Assembly (NCBI GenBank): GCA_013265495.1
Contig: MU059902.1
Coordinates: 3,245,862 to 3,309,861 of the forward strand
Direction of reading: 5' to 3'
DNA length: 64,000 bases
DNA from: Vicugna vicugna
Taxonomy: Eukaryota
Under the pieces are notes generated by a model that did not search any database, was not told the DNA's origin, and saw nothing but the letters and a program-made list of their open reading frames with translations. Both the position numbers and the translations under genes were made by a program. This document shows positions 11,201 to 22,291 of this stretch, one piece after another; the stretch's first letter is position 1, and each line of letters begins with the position of its first letter.

Positions 11201-14200
11201 CCCAACCCCACTGTCAGCACTTCATCCTCTAGTCTATTTTTAGCTCCCATCCTCAGGGCCTGGCTGACACCGAAGGCAGCGTGGCTGTTTGGAGTTTTTC
11301 TTGATGAATATTTTATGCTGGGGAAGGCCTGCTGCACCGCGTCCGGCAGCTGCCGGCACTTTCCAGGCTAATTATTAGAGGAGGCAAGGGCGGGGCGTGG
11401 AATCTGCAGGCCCAGGCCCGGCCGGCCGGCCTGCCCACCTCTAAAGGCCTCTCTGAGACTGTGCGCTCTGACCTCGGGGCTGGGGGACAGGCCCACACCA
11501 CTGACCAGAGCTGGAGAGGTCCTCGTGCACAAGGACATGGAGACCATCAAGCTGGCTCCCTAGGACCCGGCTCCAGTTTGGCCCCAGTACCTCCTGGGGT
11601 GGCTTTTCCCAGCCCAGGTGTGGGAGGCCCATTCATCCTCCAGACTCTTGAGACCCAGACGGGCTCTGTGTTGAAGTGGGAGCAAGCCAGTCCTGGGCGC
11701 AACGTCGGCCTCCTTTCCTGGTTCAGACGTGGGTGCTGCAGTTGCCGAGGGCCTGGAAGACCCACATGAGGCCAGAGTGGCCGGCGTTTGGTGAGAGGAA
11801 GGTGGGGGGAGGTCACGTTGCCCTCAACAAGGGAAAAGCCTGGAACCATCCCAGGCACTTGGTCGATGTGGGTTTGGAGAGAGCACTTCCACTCAGCTGC
11901 TCCTGGGGGTCATGTGGGAAAAGAACGTTTTTCCCAGGAAGCTGAGTGGAACAGTCTTTGCGAAGCGGGTTTCCATGGCTCCCAGAAAGCCCACATCGTG
12001 GAGTGAGCCTGTGACACGGGGGTCTTGGCCGCTGCTTGTAGCCCCTCACCTCCTGGTTCACCAGGGACAGCTGGCACTCAGGGGACAGGGGCCTCTACCC
12101 CAGGGCCTCCATCGTCAGACCAAAATGATAAGCTGGGACTAACGCAGGAGGCAGTGAGGAAATCGGGGAGGCAGCCATCCTTCCCTCTCCTTTAGATCGA
12201 GGCTCTCTCGTGGCCCGTGGGGTTCCACCAAGTAAAATGCGTGCTTCTGCACTTCATTGGCTATAAAATGCTTCCACTGGGAACATCACCACACCTGGAA
12301 TTCAGGGCACCCTCGGGGGCCAGTCTCCTGAGCACGCACTCCCGAGGCCCGGGTGCCCGCTGAGGCCATTCCCTGTCTCCTGGGAGAGGCCAGCGGAGTG
12401 AGTGTCCTGGGTGCCCGCAGGGACAACAGTCTGGCCCCGGGGTAGCTGAGCGTTCACTGGGTGTCAGGACGGATTGTCTGCACCGACAGACAGGCCACTG
12501 TGACGGAGATGGGAAGTGGCTCGTCCAAAGTCAGATGCCGACTCTGGTCTGAGGATCTAGAGCAGATGGAGCCCCTTGGCCGTGGCCAGCGCCTTCCTGT
12601 CTCTGAGTCTCAGTTTCCCCACAGTTGTTCTCTGCGGTCTCTCTCTGGGCTGTCTCTGTGATCCAACCCGAGGGCTCCTAGCTCCTTTGCACTGAAGAGG
12701 AAGCACACGGGCCAGGCTTCCAGCAGCGGTCAGCTCCTCGCTCCCTGGGACTCAAGCCTGGAGATGAGGGGCTGTGGGTCCTCCCAAGGGTTGGTTCCTT
12801 GAGACGAAGCATCAGCAGGACCACCTCCCCCGATCATGGCCAAGCCTGCTCTTCACAGCCCAACGTGGCATACTTCCCACCCCCGGGATAAAGGGAAGAG
12901 GGTCCCCATGTGGAGCTTGTGGGCTGGGGCCCCAGGCAGCCCCATGACTTGGGGAGACGCCTCTGTCCCAGACACTCATGTGCTGGAATGATTTGCAGTT
13001 GCTCCCTAATTTAAGAAACACAGGTGTACTGGGGACCGGTGGGACTGATACGTACGTTCCTGGAGCGCCTGGGAGACACATCACTGAGGGAAGCTGTGCC
13101 CTCCTGCTCCCTCTTCCTGCTGCCAGTCCACAGGAGTGCGTCAGGGACTAGAACATTCAGGAAGCTTCGGGACCCAGTGTTCTGCTCTCTCCTTTGGCTT
13201 TGGATGCTTAGTAGGGACTCATAATAGAAAAATGCCAGAACCTTGAAGTTGTTCCTTTCCCCTGAATGGGTGGTGTTTGGGAACTTCTAGTGGTCTGTGG
13301 GTCCCATCTGCCCGGGAACCAGGGCTGTGGGTCCCACAGGGGGCGTGGACGAGAGGGTGTGGCCTCCCACGAGCCCGGCTCTCCCCTCCACTCTGCCGTG
13401 AGCCCGGACTCGTCCTCTGACCAACTTAACCTGTCCGGTGAGCACTTGTCTTTTGGTGACCCACTGTCCCTGACGGCCCTGGGCTGGCCTCTTGGCTGAA
13501 ACGGCAGTGCTCTGGAGAACACTCAGTCCACGTTCAACAGCCAGCTCTCCAAAAGGGGCCCAACGCACAGGACTCACTTTTCCTCCTTAAAATGCCCGCA
13601 GGTTCTGTGCATGGAGTACCAGCTTCTTGGTGCTTGGGCACTGTGTCTCCAAATCCAGGTGACCCCAAGCTGTTTTGATTTCTATAGGATGTGAAAACCT
13701 GAGGCAGGCTCTCGGCACTGTTAGGCCTGACCCCACACAATGCCGGGAACACGGCTGCAGGAGAGGCCCATGGGCAGAGGGCCCAGCCGGAGCTGGGACA
13801 TCCCAGACCCCGTGGCCACCTTGGAAGGTGAATTCAGGCTGGGGAGAGACCTGTGAAAGTTGTTGGGTCCAGACAGGGGTCAGGGCCACAGGACCCAAGA
13901 AGATTTTCCCTCAGGGTGAGTCGTGCCTGGCGTGTCCTGGGGCGGAACACAGGACCAACCCAGCACGTAAGAACCACGGCTTCTCGGCAGCCTCGCGCTT
14001 TCTCTGTGAGGTGGAGTGGAGCCCCCTGGCAAAGGCTCTCCAAGGCCAGGGACACTTCTGAACCCTGTGCTCCAGGTTGCAAGGAAGCAGCAGACCCCGG
14101 ACCCCCCCCCAGTGGTAGGAAGGCTGCAGAGGGCCTCCCCACACCCTGGCGCGTGCACAGGTTCAAGCACAGTGTGCGGCACTGCCAACAGGAGAGGAGC

Positions 14201-17200
14201 TGCTTCACCCGGGGGTTGATCCACCCCCAGCAGTGCTGGACAGCCTGGTCATGCCTCTGTTGCCACTGCAGGACCCTGGCGAGCCCCTCAGTGGTCTGAG
14301 CCCTCTGGAGTCGGTCGAAGACGGATGATGCCTGAACGTGTGTCCATCGGTATCGAATCTTTAACACAGAGACCACATCAATGCAGAGTTAAGCTTTCTT
14401 GCTTTGACCTTCATTGGTTTGCCATTCAGTCATTCAGCAAATGCTTCCTGAGTCCCTCCTGTGTCCCAGGCATGTGCTGGCCGCCGCCAGAGGGCAGGAG
14501 GGGCTCTGACACAGCAGGTACACGCAGGGCCAGAGGCTCGCCAGGAGAATGGAGCCCCTGGCCTGGGCCCAGCCATGGGAAGGGTTCAGCAAAAGGCAGT
14601 CAGGGTCCTGGGAATTGTTGTTGGGTGGGGACGCTATGTCAGCATTCTGGGTACAGGAGCCAGTGCTGCGAGCGGGGCCCGGGGGAGGGGCTACCAAGGC
14701 CCCGGGAGAGGACCGGGTCCTGACTCCTCTTTCCTATCAGGGACTGCCACCCTTCACTGTATTTCCCCAGGCTGCGCCCCAGCTCCCTGCCCCTTCCGCA
14801 GCCTCCTATCAGCCCTAATGCAGGGTAATTTCATGACCGCACACCAGGGCAGTTGTCCTGGGGGCTGAGCTGGTGCTGCGGGGAGAGGGGAGCCCCTGGC
14901 ACGGATGTTTATGACTCTGCATGGGGGACTCATTATTGGACACTTCTGGCCCCGAGCTCTGGAGGCTGCTGTGGGGAGACTGTGCGGGTACCCTGCAGGA
15001 GTTTGGTAGCCCTGGCCTGCAGCCACTGGGAGCTGGGCCCACGGGGAGCAGCTGCCCAGCTGCCTACCCCAGCCCCACCGAGGTCGGGGTCTGTGGGTTG
15101 AGCTGCACTTGGGGGACACAGCTGCTTGTGGGGCTGGTGGGTCCTGGACACCGAGCTCGTCCTTGCCTGGCCACGCACAGGGCCCCTCACCACACCATGC
15201 TGAGTGGCCCTAGTAATCAGAAGATGCCTTAATTGCCTGTGTGATGGTTCCAGGATCCCTCTCGGCTCCTGCTATGAAGACCGGAGAGGCTGCGCTACGT
15301 GGCTTCCTAATTAAGAAGGTCCGTGTCCCTCAGGCTCTCAGGAAGTTGTTACATCACCGCTGGAAACGCTCCTCGCACCAAACTTTCATTAATTACAAAA
15401 AGGACAAGCTCTTGATTTTACTGAGGGTGGAACTTAGTCACTTACCCTCCCTGCCAAGTTCCAAATATGTGTTCTCGAAGCAGAGAAAATGCAAAATGGA
15501 AAACATTTGGTTCGCACTGTTAGGCTCTGGAAGCCACAGGCTTCCCCTGCAGTGGAAGGGAGCCCAGAAGACAGCACTGGCAGAAGCGCAAGAGGGAGGG
15601 GAAGGCGCATCCGAGGCCCCGCCGCCCGCGGGCGGGAGCCAGGGGGCGCCCTGAGCACAGAGGGACAGGGTCCCCAGGGCTGAGTGGGAGGTTCCAAAGT
15701 CCCAGCTGCCTTAAGATGACCCCCAGGGCTGCCTGTCCTCCTCCCAGGGCAGTGGCTGTGGATCAGCAGCCAGGAGTGCTCTTGGTCCCTGAGGCCGTGT
15801 GTGACGAAGGGAGTAGTTCGCTAGTGTGCGTGCATACACTCACACACACACACTGTAACTGCCATGCACGGGGCCCGCCGGCACTGGCACTGCGGGAAAC
15901 ACTTCATGTCACCTCCTGGTGGGAGAACCTGGCCCTGGGAAGGTAGGCCGCATCCCTGAGGCCACACAGCCAGGTCCCTGTGACCCTGTGTTCCTTGCCA
16001 CCCCTCCACTGTCCCTCCCACCAGGCAGGTGTCTCCTGGGAAACCTGGGATCACCACTGCCCGCAGGCCCCTTTGCCTTCGCCTCTCCTTTTCCGTAGCC
16101 GCGGGGAGCCCACCCAACCGTGCTGTCAGGAGCCCTCCTCCCTGCCGACAGCTCCAGGCACTTGGAGGAAAATGCAGTTTCCCACAGAGGAGCTTTGTGC
16201 TCCCCCCTCACCCCCAACCCTCCATTAGAAACAGCAACAGCCAACAACTTATGTATTTATTTACTTCGCCGGATGGAGGGAGATGGGCTGTGAGGAGGCG
16301 GCAGCTGGGCCGTGGGTGGGGTTGTGTGCGGGGAGCCATCTGTCTCGTTCTGTCAGCTCCATGCCCAGCAGGGAAGTGGTGGCCCCTCTTAGTCACTTGG
16401 CTAGGAGGGCTGTTTATCGGAGCTCGCAGCCCTGGGGAGGCTGAATGCCTGCCAGTCAGCAGGGCAGGGACCTTGTTTCCATGGGGAGCAGATGCAGCCC
16501 TGCTCACCTCTGGTTCTGTCTCCTCCGGCGAGGGGAGGGGGGCAGCCAGGGCCTCAGTGTATGAACTCCTGCCCTGACTGGGCACCTTGCAGGGCAAGCA
16601 GGTGAGGAAGGCCATCAGCACTGAGCACTGCTCCCAGGGCTGGCCGGGCTCCACGGAGCCTGGAACAGGCAGCCCAGGCCGCCATCCCCAGAGACCAGCA
16701 GAGACACGAGCCCTCTGCTGGCTCCCTCCTCCCAGGCCTCACAAGGGCCTCGGCCTTGCCCTCCAGCCGGCCAGCTGCCTTCACATCCGTCACCAGCAGC
16801 ATCAGCTCTGTCTGAGGACGGATCCTGGCTGATGAGCTGGCCGCAGAATATTAAACGTCGGAGACTCAGCACTGCAGCCGTGAGGCCCAGTGCTGGGCAC
16901 CAGCTTCTCCCTCACTGAGCAGACGCTCGGCTTTGTTGTGGTTTGTACCTGAGCCTCAGCCTCTGCCCCTCCTCAGGTCACGCATTGACTGAACTAGTGA
17001 GGGAGGCATTCAGAGTCCTTGGCGCGTGCGTTCTGGAACATACATGGCCTGTTGGCTGCTGAGGGGTGGGAAGCTGCTGTCCTCTGGGGTAACTGTTGGA
17101 GGGCTGGGCCCTTTACAGCTGCACATCAGGGCCAGTGGGACGAGGGAAGGGCAGCGAGGGGCACGACCCCGCAAGTGGACGCCTGGCTCACCGCCCCCGA

Positions 17201-20200
17201 CCCGGCCTGCTGAGGACCCAGCACTGCCTCCCCTGGCTCCCAGGTGCCGGCGCTCCCATTCGGACACTCCCCCCTTCCCCCGCCGCCCTCCAGTCCCAAA
17301 GTTTATGACCAAGAGAGAGGACTCCTCGTGAGTGTGGGGGGAAAGCACGGGGGAGATGGCCCCAGTGTCTGACTCCCCCGAAGTGGGGCGGAAGGGCCGG
17401 CATTCTTGTCCATGTCTGTGGACTCTGGAGGACGCTCGGGCAGCCACGAGGTCCTGCCGGCCGCTCACAGGCAGACAGGAAGGCGCGCGCTTGTCTGCTC
17501 TTCTCCGCTGGCAGGACGCGCCTGGCTCCAAAGCTGGAGCAGAGGCTGCACCGGGAATGCACCCCTGCCCCTGGGCTTGTCCCCTCCTGGTCCTTTGTGC
17601 CTGGGGATGGGAGGAGGGGCCGAATTTCCTATAGCCGCATCTACTCTCTCCTGTCTTGTTGGTTTTTCTTTTTTCACTTAATTATAGAAAATATAAGCAA
17701 AAGTAAAGAAGAGAAAGAACCCTATGTATTAGCAACATGGGGCCAGTCTTGGTCATCTGCCCGTCCCCACCCAGGCTCTCCGGAAGCAAATCTCAGAAAT
17801 CACATCATCGCCTCCAGGTATTTCAGTGTGTGTCTCCGAGAGACAAGGGCTCGCTGTCCTTTGTCGTTGGCTTATTTGTGGTTGGACTGGGCTCTGGCCA
17901 GCGGGCCCTGGGCTGCGGGTGCCCTGCAGAGACCCCGCTGCAGGACCTGCGGCCCCGGACTCATGCTCATGCCAAGAACCCGGGCCTGCCAAGCCGAGAG
18001 TTAGGGCGGACCCAGACAGCCACGCAGGCCACTCCCACCCCAGTGACAGGCCCACTGCCAGCTCACATGGGCCACTGTGTTGAGGCCTTCAGTTGGGGAC
18101 GTGCCCACACGTGGGCGCTCCCCCTGCCCCTCACCCCCATGTGACAGGACATCTGGCCCTGGAGACTGCCTTGCTCCGGTCTCCTTTGTCTTTGGTCCAG
18201 GCCGTTGTCATTTTCTGGTGCTGCGTCGCCTGCCTATGTTGGGCGTGTCGGCCACTAGCCCATCAGCGCCTGAGGCAGGGTCCCCACACCTGGCGCCGCC
18301 GTGGGGGCAGTGCCCGGTTTAATTCAGTGAGCGGTCTCCTCTGCCCGCTGCCCCTCCTGGGCCCGATGTGGGCGGGGGCACTGCCGTGCTTACCCTTCCC
18401 CTTGACTTTCTGGAAACTCAGAGAGCACTCACGCTTCTGCGGTGGTTGTGACAGTCACGCTCCCTGCAGTTCCCCCATTTCACACGTACAATCCGGTGGG
18501 TTTGAGTGTATTCACGGAGGCATGCAGCCACCACCACAGTCAACTTTAGCACATTTCCAAAAGACTCAGGGCACCACTTAGCCGTCACCCCTCCCCCAGC
18601 CCCGGCCACCCCTGCTCTGCTCTCTGTTGAGCTGCCTGTTCTGGATGATCCACGTAACTGGACTCCCACATGGGGAGGGCCTTTGTGCCTGGCTTCTTTC
18701 TCTCTCCCTTGGTCCTTAATGACTGGTCTTGAACGGGGACAGCTAGGAGGACTTCTGTCCTCACAGCAACCCTGGGGGGCAGATATTGGCCCATTTTACA
18801 GAATAGGAATGTGGGTGAGTTGTGGGGCCCACGACTGGGAAGTGGTGAAGCCAGATTCAAGCCAGACTGATTGAACCCTAGAGGGGAGGCTGGGCTGGTT
18901 TCAGGGCAGATCGAAGAGGCCACTCTGGGAAGGACATGCAGGGTGCTGGAGGTCCCAAGATCGGGCAAAACTTGGCCAGTGTGGGTCCAGGCATCTTCCA
19001 GGGCTGTCAGCTGGCTTTGAGGGCACACGCCACAAGCTGACCGCAGGAGAGCGTGGGCAGAGCTTCCTGTCGGCCCCAAGATGGGAGTGGGGTTCCTGAA
19101 GAAAAGGAGTCCCTGGCCAAATCATCATGGGACAGCCCAGGTTAAACACCATTAACTAGGTTTATTTTACTGCAAGATTGTCAGAACCTCAGTCTGTGTG
19201 CATCATGTATTGGGAGGGGCCAATTAGCATACAGGTTTCCAAACCTGTTTGGCCACAGACCATCAGGAAGCCTTCATCTCCCTTTTGGAGCTGGGGAAAC
19301 AGAGGCCTAGGGAGGCAAGAGGCCACAGAGCTTTAGCTCCTGCTGCAGGTTTGCCCACAGTGGTGTTAACACAAATGAAAACAGTGTGCCCTCGAGGGAA
19401 GGAACCCCAGTGCGTGATGTGGGTGGTCCCCAGGCTCCAGATGGCCGGACAGAGAGGTGGACGCAGAGGGTGGGGCTGCTCCCCTGGCATCTTCCTCAGC
19501 CCTAATGCCAGTGTTCCCCCCACCCCAGGCCCTGGCCTCACGTGGGCCACTCCTGCCTGACAGCGGCTCCTGAGCTCTTGCCAGCAGCTCCAAGGGCCAT
19601 TCGCCACCCTCCCTGTGTCCCCTCCCCACTCCCTGCAGCCCCGAGAGCACTTGGCTGGGGACCCAGGCATTAGGGGACTCAGTTCCTCTTCCGAATCCCA
19701 CATCTGCTTTCCAAGAACACGGATGGGCTGGAGAAACAGGAAGGCCCCTCACGTGGGGCAGAGCCTGGCTCTGGTGGGCCCTGCAGAGGGCCTGGGAGCG
19801 GTCCCCTCTCGGACCTGCTGCCTTGCCCAGGCCACGCTCACACTCTCTTGCTCTCGAGAAATGTTGTTCTTTCTACGTCTCTTGCCTTTCTTCCCCCTGC
19901 TCACCCCCCAAGATAGAAGCTCCACCAGCTAGAAGGAGGGCCTGCTCTGGAACACCACGCTGAGGGTTTTGAAAGCTGAGAGGAACCTTGGAATGTGGTC
20001 CAGCTCCCCCTACTTCTCCAGCTCTCCTCTCAGCCAACCCCACCAGGCCCTGACTCCCCGTGTCCCAGCTCTGGGACCCCACAGGCACTGCCCCGATGGG
20101 GTCCTCTGCGGATCGGCAGGAAGCCCAGCTGCAGCCCCTCCTCCCCCTGAGGAAGGGCCAGCCACGAGATTTGAGCTGCACACAGATGGGAGCCGCAGGT

Positions 20201-22000
20201 CTCCCCAGCTGTGCCAAGCAAGGTCCATGGGGTGGGGGAGAGCCTCCACTGTCTAGCCTGGTGGCCTTGACCTTGCGTTCTTGGCCGGTTGGCTGTCCCC
20301 CATTTGAAACAGGGATGGAGATGGAGAAGGGGCAGGGGTCTGTTATTCAAAGTGCTACTCAAAGTGGCTAGAAATGGGTCTCAGCCCCCGACCCCCAGGC
20401 CTCCTGGGTCAGAATCTGCATTCACAAGATCCCCAAGTGATTCGTGTGTACATAAACGCTGCAGAAGCCCTGATCTAGCACATTCTGCCTGGGCGCCCGC
20501 AGAAGCCTTTGGCTGGGCCCTGCAGGATGTGGCCTTGTCTTTGTGGGGTGCCTTCAGCACCGGGGCTGGGCCTTGAGGGGTCTTGCCCCTGTAGAACCGC
20601 CTGCTGAGATGGAGAACATTTCATTTTCCCTGGGCTGTTTCAGGTCAAACTGCATAGCCTCAAATTTCGTTTTTCAAAAAGGCAGCCAGAGATGAAACCA
20701 GGGCAGGCCTTCAGCAGAGTGTCTTGGAAAAGCCACCGTTTTCCACGTGTGCCCGAAGACTCCAGCAGTAACCCAAGCCCCTGTCTCTCTAAGGCGCACG
20801 ACCCTAGTTCTTTAAACACCCCAATGTTTCATTGGCTCCAAGCCGTGAGGTTTTGACAGTTTGCACCTGGTGACATTTAGAGACCAACTTCTGAGAAGGC
20901 TGCGGGGAGGGGGGTGTTTGCTAGAACCTGACATTCTGTCTTCTGGTTGGTTGTTCTCTTTTGCCAATACACTGTCTGTAAAACACTTGGGCCTAAAAAT
21001 AGCTGCGGGGTTTGGTGTCATTGTGGATGAAGGGCAACTGCCCCATTTCTTTGGCTTTCAGACACCCTCAAACTGTCGCAAGGAAATGTCGTCCCAGAGG
21101 ACTTAGCACAACTCTTTAAGTCCGAATGCCTGGCCCTGGCGCTGAAGGAGAACTTTGCGGTGGGACAGACGGTGGCCTTGGGAAGTGACCGCCTGATGCT
21201 GCTGCAGTCATTTCTTCCCCGGGCCACCACTTAGAGGCCAGGCCAGGCCACTCTCAAGAGTGAAGGGTGGGGGACACTATTCACCATCACGCCATGTCGG
21301 CAGGCACGAACCAGGACTGTCCTGGGCGAGACCCGGCCGTGGGCCAAATCCCGCTGCTTGCTTGGCTCTGCCCCGAGTGTGGGAACCAGGCTTCTTAACT
21401 TGCTGAGAGGAAGGAAGCAACAGAGAAGGGCGAGGAGGGCTCCAGGGCCACTTCCTAGGCTTCTGTGCTGTCCAGGGCTTGCCGCCCACAAAGTGGTTAC
21501 TGCTGCACCTGGCACAGTGAAGTGGCCTCTTCGAGGTCACACAGTCAGCACGGTATCTGTCCCCGCTTCCCTTCAGGGCAAAGGCCATGAGCAGGGAGCA
21601 GGGCAAACCTGGGGCCCCCTTTTCCTTCCCTTGTTCGGCTCTGCTTCAGGCCTCCCCTCCTGTATTTCATTATCAACTGCCTTTTCAGCTGAAGTTCATG
21701 ACCAGAGAAGCACTGGGCTCAGAATTCTGCCTGCCGCGGAGGGTGACGTGGGTGCCCATGAAGCCGGCCTCCCTACAGGGAGGGATGCTGTCTGGAAGAT
21801 GGGGCCTGGGGCAGGGTTCTCTGTGTCCTGGGGCAGTGCCCAGGCCCGGCCTACAGCCCCAGCGTCTCTAACCTGCCTGTTTCTCTGTGTGTGGCCCACA
21901 GCCCGAGACTGAGGACGAGAAGAAGCGCTTTGAAGAAGGCAAAGGGCGATACCTTCAAATGAAGGCGAAAAGGCAGGGCCAGGCGGAGCCACAGGCCTAG
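5258..22000 (+). CDS. ACOT7: Acyl-CoA thioesterase 7 (cytosolic/brain acyl-CoA hydrolase), last two coding exons: join(5258..5442,21902..22000); 5' part lies upstream of the window
   Basis: Exon 5258-5442 (cag|...|gtgagt) encodes GYVITISGRMTFTSNKSMEIEVLVDADPVVDNSQKRYRAASAFFTYVSLSQEGKSLPVPQLV. Exon 21902-22000 (cag|) encodes PETEDEKKRFEEGKGRYLQMKAKRQGQAEPQA*. The phase-0 junction keeps frame, and the peptide matches the ACOT7 second hot-dog domain and C-terminus. Confidence 0.97.
6220..6680 (+). mobile_element. LINE-2 3' fragments
   Basis: 'gatcttgtcacttccctgctgaaac...ttagaataaaatcc' and 'aacagtcctggcacttagtaggtgcgctc...gaat' resemble the L2 3' region. Boundaries approximate. Confidence 0.55.
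8590..9740 (+). mobile_element. LINE-2 fragments
   Basis: Pyrimidine-rich L2-like tract including 'ccttagggcctttgcacttgccgttcctctgcctggacaccttccc', the typical L2 3' motif. Boundaries approximate. Confidence 0.55.
9850..10000 (-). mobile_element. MIR SINE fragment
   Basis: 'agttgtgtgacctcgggcac...gcctcaatttcctcatctgtacaatgg' is the reverse-complement MIR core. Confidence 0.7.
18420..18720 (-). mobile_element. Old LINE-1 (L1MB/MC/ME-like) 3' fragment
   Basis: 'catttcacacgtacaatccggtgggtttgagtgtattcacggaggcatgcagccaccaccacagtcaacttt' is typical antisense old-L1 3' UTR. Confidence 0.65.
20340..20480. mobile_element. MER5A-like hAT-Charlie DNA transposon fragment
   Basis: 'gtcagaatctgcattcacaagatccccaagtgattcgtgtgtacataaacg...agaagccctgatctag' resembles MER5A. 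Confidence 0.65.
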
Positions 22001-22285
22001 ACAGCCCCTCCTGCCGCCAGAGCCTGGAGCAGCCCCCAGCGTCTGATCGTTTAGAAGTTCCCCCTTGGCCAAACACCCAGTTCACGTTGACAGCTGATGT
22101 CGTGTGAAGTATTTGTCTTGCAGTGTTAACCTGTACTCTCTCCTGAAAACCTGTACACCAAAGCTTTATTTATATCATTCCAGTGTAAATGCTACAGTGT
22201 TGTCCCGACGCCCCAAGGCATTCCCTGGAAATCCTAGGGAACCACCTGGGCGCACTGTCAGGTGTGTGAAGAATCCAGCATCACT

Positions 22286-22291
22286 AATAAA
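22286..22291 (+). terminator. ACOT7: ACOT7 polyadenylation signal AATAAA (3' UTR about 22001-22310)
   Basis: Canonical hexamer about 285 nt after the stop, followed by GT-rich sequence. Confidence 0.8.

Noticed and set aside
12256-12268. ATTGG directly followed by TATAAAA in the ACOT7 intron (promoter-like)
   Set aside because: CCAAT-TATA spacing is far too short, and there is no CpG island or downstream exon.
15241-15654. 137-aa ORF with less biased composition
   Set aside because: No recognisable homology or splice context. Better explained by the AT-rich candidate enhancer.
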